From an uncultured Commensalibacter sp. (GTDB lineage Bacteria > Pseudomonadota > Alphaproteobacteria > Acetobacterales > Acetobacteraceae): a stretch of DNA of 64,000 nucleotides. The notes under the pieces were generated by a model, which was not told the DNA's origin, made no database searches, and saw only the letters and a program-made list of their open reading frames with translations. Positions 56,943-64,000 of the stretch are shown here, piece by piece; position 1 is the stretch's first letter, and every line of letters begins with the position of its first letter. The stretch lies in NCBI GenBank assembly GCA_945266285.1, contig CALYOP010000004.1:29615-93614 (forward strand), read 5' to 3'. A program made the translations under genes and the position numbers.

Positions 56943-56990
56943 AAACTATATATAGTAGACATAATGCGTAATTAGAACTATATATATGTT
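56943..56990. promoter_or_regulatory. Tandem NrdR boxes upstream of nrdJ
   Basis: Box 1, aaaCTATATATAGtag (56943-56958), matches 13/16 of the recalled consensus acaCwAtATaTwGtgt. Box 2, GAACTATATATATGTTC (56975-56991), is a 17-bp palindrome. The box starts are 32 bp apart. The site lies 30-78 nt upstream of the ATG. Confidence 0.6.
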
Positions 56991-57020
56991 CAACACTCCT
57001 TCCCTAACAGGAAAATTTCC

Positions 57021-59429
57021 ATGAATATATATGCGCCGGTTTTTAAAGAAAACCTAAAGATAAAACACATCTGCCCTTTTGAAGGGGCTTTTGGTAAAGA
57101 AATTCTACCCAGTCGTCCTCTTGATCAAGGTATGGGTGAAGCTGTAGGAAAACGTACCGTTTTTCGACCCGAAGATTATAATGATTTTGGTAAAGTCGCT
57201 GATCGGGTCGCAACAGGCAATACGAAACTTACGCCTATTATTGATCCTTTCGAATTTCGTTATCTGCGTAATGCTATTGCTACCGGTGCATTATTAACCT
57301 CTGGTCGTCATCTTCAGCATGGAGACGCTAATCAGGTCAATCGTAATATCGAAGTTTTTACGAATTGTTCCACTGCTATTTGCTCCTTTGCCAAATTTTA
57401 CTTACTTTTAAATGGTTCTGGTGTTGGCCGGGCATATGACGATGCTCTATGCATTGTTGATTGGGGACAAGCACCGGAAATTATGCTGGTTTTAACTGAG
57501 GCACATTCTGATTTCCCACACAATCGAACAGGGTTGTTAAATTTCGGTATCGATATGCAAATTCTGCCTTGGGGAACAACGCTGGATAATTTTACGCCAG
57601 ATCTTGAAAAACAGGTTCAGAATTTCTTTAATGAAAATATCATACAAGATATAAAAAATGTTCCTGCAAACGCGCGAATTTTCAAAATTGATGACAGTCG
57701 TGAAGGATGGGCAAAAACGGTTGAGGTCATCGAATCAATGGCATTCCGTAAACAAAAAGATCAAATAATTGCCTTTGATTTTAATGATATTCGTCCCTGT
57801 GGAACACCGATTGCCGGTATGCAAGGTCGGCCAGCTTCGGGTCCAATTTCTCTGATTCGTGGTCTATATAACATCCGCAAAAATGTTATTGAGGTTGCCC
57901 GATCTGAAAATCTACCACGTTGGAAGCAAGCTTTATTAGTAGATCATTTTCTCTCTGTTGAAGTTCAGATGGGCGGAGCAAGACGTGCTGCACGTATGGC
58001 AACGAAATCTTGGCGCGACCCTGATGTTATTTCTTTCGTTCGTTCCAAATCAGAAGGGGGTCTATGGACAGCCAACCACTCGGTTATGGTCGACAAACTC
58101 TTTTGGGACTGTGTGAAAAATGAAGATTATGAACATCCTCTAGCTGATCATGCACGCAATGTTTTTCAAGAAGCAACGCGCTGTTCCTGGATCAATGGTG
58201 AACCTGGTTTTATTAACGGTGATAAGCTTGAAGATTTTCGTACTGGTAAAGCACGTGAAAAACCTATCTATCGCGATGGACGTGACTTTCATTCTGAACG
58301 TTATCAAATTAGTGAAGCTTTTGATTTATTGGCAAAATTATCGGAATGTGCAACGCACACTCATTTTCCAGTAACGACCAATCCTTGTGGAGAAATCACA
58401 TTACATGTCACGGGTGGTTACTGTGTAATCACTGATTTTGCACCACTTTTATCATGTCCCGTACCATTTGAAAGTTTCGAACCTGGCAAAGCTTCGTCTG
58501 CAACTATTCAATTATGGGATGCACGTGTAAGAGATTCTATTCGTCTAGGCGTTCGCTTTCTATTGCGCACAAATCTAATGAATGCCCTTTATGGTGAAGA
58601 AGTACGACGCACAAACCGAATCGGTATTGGGCCTACGGGACTTCATGAATGGGCATGGATGCGTTTTGGCTTTGATTTTAACGATTTATTAGATGAAAAA
58701 CGATCCGCTGCATTTTGGGAAATGCTAGAAGAATTTTCACAAATTGCTAAATCCGAAGCAAATGATTATGCACATCAGTTAGGAACCACAACACCAACAA
58801 CCGTAACCACGATTAAACCCGCGGGAACAACTTCCAAACTTTTTGGAATAACGGAAGGTGCCCATCTACCAGCAAGACGTCAATATCTGCGTTGGGTACA
58901 ATTCAAAGGGGTTCTAAATGATAATGGAACCTGGGAAAACGGAACTGATCCTTTACTACCTCAATATAAAAATATGGGATACCCTGTTAAATCGCTAAAA
59001 ACCTTTCCAGGAATGACAGTGGTTGGCTTTCCTACCGTTCCTTTAATTCAAAGATTAAAAATTGGAGATCGTTTGGTAATTGCTTCTGAAGCTTCGCCAC
59101 AAGATCAATATCGCTGGATCAGTTTATTGGAAAAATATTGGATTGGTGAAAGTCAAGGGAATCAGATTTCTTATACGTTAAAAATCTATACGGATCGTTT
59201 TGACTTCCAAGCTTACAAAGAGGTCGTTGAACATTATCAACCTCAAGTGCGATGCTGTTCGGTCATGCCTAGTCGGAATGATTCAAATCTAGGATATGAA
59301 TATCTACCTGAGGAAGAAGTATCTTCAGAACAGTTTCTGGCTATTACTTCTGCCTTACAAGATAATAATGCGGATGAAGCTGTAGATTGGGCGCATCTGC
59401 AATGCAGCAGCGGCGTTTGTCCAATTTGA
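57021..59429 (+). CDS. nrdJ: Adenosylcobalamin-dependent ribonucleoside-triphosphate reductase, monomeric class II (L. leichmannii RTPR-like)
   Basis: 802-aa ORF. It has the class II active-site loop TNPCGEITLHVTGGYC and a C-terminal redox pair CSSGVCPI at the very end, like the RTPR C-terminal cysteines. There is no ATP-cone. Confidence 0.85.
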   Translation: MNIYAPVFKENLKIKHICPFEGAFGKEILPSRPLDQGMGEAVGKRTVFRPEDYNDFGKVADRVATGNTKLTPIIDPFEFRYLRNAIATGALLTSGRHLQHGDANQVNRNIEVFTNCSTAICSFAKFYLLLNGSGVGRAYDDALCIVDWGQAPEIMLVLTEAHSDFPHNRTGLLNFGIDMQILPWGTTLDNFTPDLEKQVQNFFNENIIQDIKNVPANARIFKIDDSREGWAKTVEVIESMAFRKQKDQIIAFDFNDIRPCGTPIAGMQGRPASGPISLIRGLYNIRKNVIEVARSENLPRWKQALLVDHFLSVEVQMGGARRAARMATKSWRDPDVISFVRSKSEGGLWTANHSVMVDKLFWDCVKNEDYEHPLADHARNVFQEATRCSWINGEPGFINGDKLEDFRTGKAREKPIYRDGRDFHSERYQISEAFDLLAKLSECATHTHFPVTTNPCGEITLHVTGGYCVITDFAPLLSCPVPFESFEPGKASSATIQLWDARVRDSIRLGVRFLLRTNLMNALYGEEVRRTNRIGIGPTGLHEWAWMRFGFDFNDLLDEKRSAAFWEMLEEFSQIAKSEANDYAHQLGTTTPTTVTTIKPAGTTSKLFGITEGAHLPARRQYLRWVQFKGVLNDNGTWENGTDPLLPQYKNMGYPVKSLKTFPGMTVVGFPTVPLIQRLKIGDRLVIASEASPQDQYRWISLLEKYWIGESQGNQISYTLKIYTDRFDFQAYKEVVEHYQPQVRCCSVMPSRNDSNLGYEYLPEEEVSSEQFLAITSALQDNNADEAVDWAHLQCSSGVCPI

Positions 59430-59437
59430 AAGTTAAT

Positions 59438-60601
59438 CTATTGAGATAAACAACGCATCCAACCAATCCGCCTTTTCGCTCCTACCGGAAGAAAGGGCGG
59501 ATTTTTTATGCTCTCTAAAAAATAATGGCCGTTATTTCCTATTGAAAGCTGATAAGGTGGAAAACCATCACCGATGGCGCATTTTAGTTCGACTTTTAAA
59601 GGTAAACGCGCATCAATATTCCCTTGATTAACCGCAAACAAATCAAATAATCCTGTATCTTGTGGATCAACACGATTTTCGATTTTAATTTGTGTATAGA
59701 GTTTTCTTCTTTGTAGAACTGTTAACCAAGTTGATATACTCCAGTTCCGTCGATCTTCAGCAATCGGCAACCGAAACCAGACCAATCCTTTAAGATTCAT
59801 AGGAATATCAGTTTCCAAGTGATTAAGAAACTTCGTAATCTGATAAGGATCCGTAAATAACTCTTGTCCAACTGTTTTACCTAGCCAAAGATTGTTTTCG
59901 CCTTCAACAAAATTAAGCCTACCATTACGTTCCATTCCAACTTTCAATCCATATGTCGGCAACGCAATATAAAAGGGTTTACGACTTATTCGGCTCATCC
60001 GATCAATATAATGAAGCGCTTTGTGATCATTAAATAAACCTTCTCGCGGATCATCAACTGCGTGAACTTGTAGGATAAGATCATCCACTTTCTGTGTTAA
60101 ATTTGGGAACTCCGTTGACCGCAACCAATCTGGCAAAACCGTAATCGTTAAATAAGTTTCTTGCGGTAGGCATGAACGAAGTTGCTTTAATAAATAAACA
60201 TAAGCCGCAAGCTTTTGCGTTGGCCAATCCAAATCAAGCTCAATATTGCGTATGCCTTTCTGATAAACGGGAGAACGCGTTACTAATTCACGAATTTCCT
60301 GCACGTTTGGTAAGGGTTGAATACGATCAAAACGGTAGACAGCCGTTAACATCTTTCCCATTGATTGTAAGTCATCAAACGGTATCGAAGGATAAATTAT
60401 TCGCCCATCTGGTTCCCGCTCACCGGCAAGGAAACGCCAACCTTTCAACAAAAAATTGCTTTGCTGAATCGCATTCTGTACAGAAGGAACCCACAATTTC
60501 TGCCATATATAAGCTTCTTGAGGTAAAATACCAGAACGATGGGTTGATTTACTTAAGCAACAAAACAGCAGCAAACATGTAAATATTTTTGCTAGACGCA
60601 T
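59438..60601 (-). CDS. Secreted hypothetical protein (possibly DUF3142-like)
   Basis: The ORF track gives 59438-60628. I prefer the ATG at 60599-60601, which shares one nt with the upstream TGA (TGATG) and sits 5 nt after AGGAG. It has the signal peptide MRLAKIFTCLLLFCCLS. The block YIWQKLW near the N-terminus resembles what I recall of DUF3142; this is unverified. Confidence 0.7.
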   Translation of the reverse strand: MRLAKIFTCLLLFCCLSKSTHRSGILPQEAYIWQKLWVPSVQNAIQQSNFLLKGWRFLAGEREPDGRIIYPSIPFDDLQSMGKMLTAVYRFDRIQPLPNVQEIRELVTRSPVYQKGIRNIELDLDWPTQKLAAYVYLLKQLRSCLPQETYLTITVLPDWLRSTEFPNLTQKVDDLILQVHAVDDPREGLFNDHKALHYIDRMSRISRKPFYIALPTYGLKVGMERNGRLNFVEGENNLWLGKTVGQELFTDPYQITKFLNHLETDIPMNLKGLVWFRLPIAEDRRNWSISTWLTVLQRRKLYTQIKIENRVDPQDTGLFDLFAVNQGNIDARLPLKVELKCAIGDGFPPYQLSIGNNGHYFLESIKNPPFLPVGAKRRIGWMRCLSQ

Positions 60602-61758
60602 CAGGCTCCTGGCTGAATTGTTATACAAGGTAAACCTTTTTGCTTAAGCTGTGCGCAAGCTTCCGCTGCTTCTGCATATCCCACGCCAATTAAACGCGCA
60701 CGATAAAAAGTTTTGTCATTTTTTTGCGTTACCTCCACAACGGGGCTTGCACAACTTAAATTATTTTTTGCTAATCTTTGTGCTTTATTGGCTTCTTGTT
60801 GTGCAAGACTACGAGAAGTAAAAGCGCCGACCTGTATCCCCCAATTTCCACTATGGTTTGATGAAGCAACTGCGGGAATATAGCCACTTGCTATCACAGG
60901 TGATGAATGACGGATTGGCTTGGTCGGTATTGTACTTTTATGAGCAATTATAATTGGCGGTTCACCAGATTGTGCCGAAACCGTTTCTTGTTCATATTTT
61001 TGCACTGGAATAGGTTGGGGTAAATCTTTCTCTTGATTTTCTGCCACTTGAATCGGGACATAAGATTTTGGTTGATAATAAGCATCCAATGACAAAGGTA
61101 CTGCATTTCGATTAAGATGCGATCCTGCAAAAGGACCACTCATAGGAATATCATTCCCTAATTTTGGAGCAACAGCAGCAAGATATTTTTTGGTTTCTTT
61201 GGATAATGGTTTTCCTTGCTTCAAAAAAGCATCTAATGCACCCGGCCCACCGTGATAAGCAGCAACAAAACCAGGTGCACCATAACGGGTATATAAAATG
61301 CGGATGTAACCCGTACCAGCCATGATATTATCCCGAGGTTGATAAGGGTCACTACCCAGATGATAACGTTTGGCCATATCCTTATAGGTGGCTGTTTTCA
61401 GTTGCATTAAACCTTTGGCACCATGAGGTGAAGTAATCGGTTTTTTATTATAATATTGATATCCGTTTGATTCCTGTTTGATAATGGTTCTAATCCATTG
61501 GTCAGGAACTTTAAACCGATTAGAGGATTCCATAATATAAGGCCCCCAAGGATCCTGCGCAGTACCAGGTGGCCGCCAATTGGGATGATTGGGCATATAG
61601 TTACTATAACGTGAAGAGGTTACCTTATTCTTCGGACCGCCCCCGCCACAAGCCGAAAGCAGTAACATTCCGAAAACTAATAAAAGTTTTAGGAACAGGA
61701 AAAAATTATTAAATTGATTTTCTTCAACTGAATAATTCATGATAATTCCGTTCGGCAC
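60601..61758 (-). CDS. Lytic transglycosylase (SLT domain) lipoprotein with C-terminal SPOR domain
   Basis: It has a lipobox, LLLSA-CGGG, the SLT catalytic block IIKQESNGYQY...AKGLMQL, and a C-terminus GNWGIQVGAFTSRSLAQQEANKA...FYRARLIGV typical of SPOR. Confidence 0.85.
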   Translation of the reverse strand: MPNGIIMNYSVEENQFNNFFLFLKLLLVFGMLLLSACGGGGPKNKVTSSRYSNYMPNHPNWRPPGTAQDPWGPYIMESSNRFKVPDQWIRTIIKQESNGYQYYNKKPITSPHGAKGLMQLKTATYKDMAKRYHLGSDPYQPRDNIMAGTGYIRILYTRYGAPGFVAAYHGGPGALDAFLKQGKPLSKETKKYLAAVAPKLGNDIPMSGPFAGSHLNRNAVPLSLDAYYQPKSYVPIQVAENQEKDLPQPIPVQKYEQETVSAQSGEPPIIIAHKSTIPTKPIRHSSPVIASGYIPAVASSNHSGNWGIQVGAFTSRSLAQQEANKAQRLAKNNLSCASPVVEVTQKNDKTFYRARLIGVGYAEAAEACAQLKQKGLPCITIQPGA

Positions 61759-61889
61759 TGAATTTTATTATAATAGAACAAATAATTAATATTAAAAATA
61801 TTTTTGCTCTGCGTGTGTTTTGATATTGTTCATTCACTTGTTGCCTAATTTATGATTATATAGAAACGATTTTCCACTGATGTAAAGCT

Positions 61890-64000
61890 ATGCGGATGCA
61901 ATCACTATCGAGAACTTTGATGCTAGCAACGGTTATCGGGGGTATAAGTAGTTCAATTGCTTTCTCTTGTGCTATGATATTCCCTTGGCAACTATTAGAT
62001 AATCGTAAGCAGACGCTTTTAGACATCGAACCTTTAGATGATTTTACAAATCAAATTAAGCGATTGGTTTCAATCAGTGATAAAGAACGTGCGAATTTTC
62101 AATTTGGGGGGAAACAAGCGAAAACAGAAGATACATTAACATCTTCGAATCAAGACGCAAAACAATGTCCCAACCCTGATGAAGAATATAAACAAGCAGC
62201 AATCTTATTTCATAATCAACAATGGGAAGATGCTTACCCAGCATTTATGCAAATTTCTTATCGTAGTAATCCAACGCAACAAGTCTGTGCTCGCTATAGC
62301 TTGGCACGTATCGAAGCAGCATTAGGAAAAAACGATGATGCCCGACAAAGCTTTGCTTCAACCGCATATCTTGTTGGTCATGGTGCACCTGACCCGTTAC
62401 ATCTTGGTATTACTGCATATGGAGAAGAAGCAGGTCTTATCCTTGATAACATCGGTGTCCGAACTAAATCGACGGATGCAAATAATCAAGTTATTGTCAC
62501 ATGGAAACCCGCCGATAATCTGCCGAATGATAGCTTTTTCCAACTTAAACAAGCTGCACATTTATATGTTTTACAAGCAGCCTTAGGAGAAGAAAGTGGT
62601 GGCACCTCATTACGCATTATTATTCAGGGGTTATTGTTAAATACTGATTCCGCAAAGACTTTATTACAGCAATCTGCTTCTGATTCCTTTATGCATCCGA
62701 TCTTGATTGCTTATGCTCTGCGAAGCACGAATTTTTTAGATGCTGTTCAACAAAAAGACGAACAGAATATTTTTACGCTGCTCGCAAAAACCAATCCGCC
62801 AAAAGATACTAAAGAAGATCTAAGTGGACTAGCATTACTAGCCTATCAAAACGGTCAAATGCAATTGGCAAAAGAATTTGCTCAAAAAGATTGGGAAATT
62901 CGTAAAAAATCAGTTGATGCTTGGTTACTGGCTAAAATTTCTCTTAATCAGAAAGATATTCAACAGGCACAAAATTTTTATCACGAAGCTATTACCCATT
63001 TTCAAGATGGTACACTGCACCAACTGATACAAAAACGCGTTGAAGGTGAACAAGCTGTTCTTTCGCTTTCTCAAGGCAATTTCATTCAAGCTATGGAGCA
63101 GCTATGGCCCGCCCGAGGAAAATACTGGGGAGATATCGCCTATCTGGCAGAAAACGTTCTAACCATTGATGAATTGAAGCAATTTACAGATCGTCATCGT
63201 TCAGAACGGCTTCCACGTCCTAAAACATCGGATCTAGAAACCGTTTACACGGAGCCTGATCCTTCGATTCTTTTGAGTAATCTACTCGCACGCCGGTTGG
63301 TTCGTTTAAATCATGAAGAACAAGCGCTGCCTTATTTTACTGATGCGAAAACTCAAGGGTTTTTAAAGCAGTATATGCAAGCAAAAAAAGAAATGACTAA
63401 TGATTTCTGGGCTGTTAACCGTGCTCGTGCTACATGGGAAGTTGCAAAAATCATAAAAGATCATGGTTTTGAACTAACTGCAACCGAGGGTTATCCTGAT
63501 CAATATGCAACCGAGGGATATTTCGTAAATGGTTATAGTCAGCCAATAATAACCTATAGCAATGCTGATAATGCTGCATGGAGTGTTGCTGAAGAACAAA
63601 ACCGCGTAAAAGCCTCTTGGCCAAGTCCTAACCAACGTTTCCATTATCGTTATGTGGCTGCAGATTATGCATTACAATCCGCAGAATTATTGCCAAAACA
63701 ATCACAAGCTTATGCAGCACTTTTATGTCATGCAACCGATTGGATGCTGGATACAGCGCATTATAGTTCCGTAACATTCAAAGACGGTACATTAGAATCT
63801 TCATGGCATGAAGATTCTCCTTTTGCACGTGATAAAGCACGTGAGATCTATCAACTATATATCAAAAATGGTCCGTTAGTTGAATTTGGGTCGCATTTTG
63901 GACATCGGTGTCCACAACCAGAATTTGGAAAAGTCGAAGATGTTAAAAGAGAACTTTTTTGGAAAAAATTCCGTCATCTTTTTCACCCTCTAAAGGAGAT
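61890..64000 (+). CDS. Large hypothetical exported or membrane-anchored protein with helical/TPR-like repeats; 3' end beyond the window
   Basis: I translated this by hand. The frame is open from the ATG at 61890 (an in-frame TGA lies at 61878-61880) to the window end, giving 703 codons with no stop. The N-terminus MRMQSLSRTLMLATVIGGISSSIAFSCAM is hydrophobic. It is absent from the ORF track because no stop falls inside the window. Confidence 0.75.
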   Translation, partial: MRMQSLSRTLMLATVIGGISSSIAFSCAMIFPWQLLDNRKQTLLDIEPLDDFTNQIKRLVSISDKERANFQFGGKQAKTEDTLTSSNQDAKQCPNPDEEYKQAAILFHNQQWEDAYPAFMQISYRSNPTQQVCARYSLARIEAALGKNDDARQSFASTAYLVGHGAPDPLHLGITAYGEEAGLILDNIGVRTKSTDANNQVIVTWKPADNLPNDSFFQLKQAAHLYVLQAALGEESGGTSLRIIIQGLLLNTDSAKTLLQQSASDSFMHPILIAYALRSTNFLDAVQQKDEQNIFTLLAKTNPPKDTKEDLSGLALLAYQNGQMQLAKEFAQKDWEIRKKSVDAWLLAKISLNQKDIQQAQNFYHEAITHFQDGTLHQLIQKRVEGEQAVLSLSQGNFIQAMEQLWPARGKYWGDIAYLAENVLTIDELKQFTDRHRSERLPRPKTSDLETVYTEPDPSILLSNLLARRLVRLNHEEQALPYFTDAKTQGFLKQYMQAKKEMTNDFWAVNRARATWEVAKIIKDHGFELTATEGYPDQYATEGYFVNGYSQPIITYSNADNAAWSVAEEQNRVKASWPSPNQRFHYRYVAADYALQSAELLPKQSQAYAALLCHATDWMLDTAHYSSVTFKDGTLESSWHEDSPFARDKAREIYQLYIKNGPLVEFGSHFGHRCPQPEFGKVEDVKRELFWKKFRHLFHPLKE

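Noticed and set aside
56745-57020. Possible cobalamin riboswitch ahead of the B12-dependent nrdJ
   Set aside because: I could find no B12-box-like element or extended conserved helices. The region is dominated by AT-rich sequence and the NrdR boxes. B12 riboswitches normally control B12-independent isozymes or B12 transport genes.
60172-60582. 136-aa ORF on the + strand
   Set aside because: It is antisense inside the secreted 387-aa gene, and I found no independent support for it.
62335-62586. 83-aa ORF from the track
   Set aside because: It is out of frame inside the much longer open frame starting at 61890.

Overview
This window is an AT-rich alphaproteobacterial chromosome segment. The taxon call rests on a Ros/MucR regulator, a GapR/DUF2312 protein and the alphaproteobacterial dcw gene order. 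I saw no rRNA, CRISPR array, transposase or integrase.

Core content:
- A complete division/cell-wall cluster, mraZ-rsmH-ftsL-ftsI-murE-murF-mraY-murD-ftsW-murG-murC-murB-ddl-ftsQ-ftsA-ftsZ, followed by lpxC, bamD, recN and ligA (about 30.1-55.6 kb). RNase P RNA lies directly upstream.
- Elsewhere: guaA, trxB, manC, ihfB, sppA, rplU-rpmA-obgE-proB, zwf, and tRNA-Arg(ACG) and tRNA-Ser(CGA).
- A Rieske petA with no cytochrome b/c1 genes next to it.
- Two ribonucleotide reductases: a class I NrdA and a monomeric B12-type class II enzyme. Both have tandem NrdR-like boxes upstream.
- A Lrp / GT2-GtrA / ArnT-like GT39 envelope-glycosylation module.

The unusual content sits in small, very low-GC patches with no mobility genes:
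1. A YaaC-like gene (2-1314) whose frame is broken in a poly-A tract.
2. A KAP-family P-loop NTPase (4352-6596) wedged between nrdA and guaA and split at an A7 tract.
3. An acyltransferase plus an orphan 403-aa gene next to tRNA-Ser. The orphan has an HTH-like N-terminus and an Rx4H (HEPN-type) motif. This is my best candidate for an undescribed defence or toxin function.

A secondary candidate is an uncharacterised envelope cluster at the 3' end. It has an SLT-SPOR lipoprotein translationally coupled to a secreted unknown protein, divergent from a >700-aa helical-repeat ORF that runs off the window and is missing from the ORF track.

All homology statements come from motif recognition by eye. 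No searches were run.
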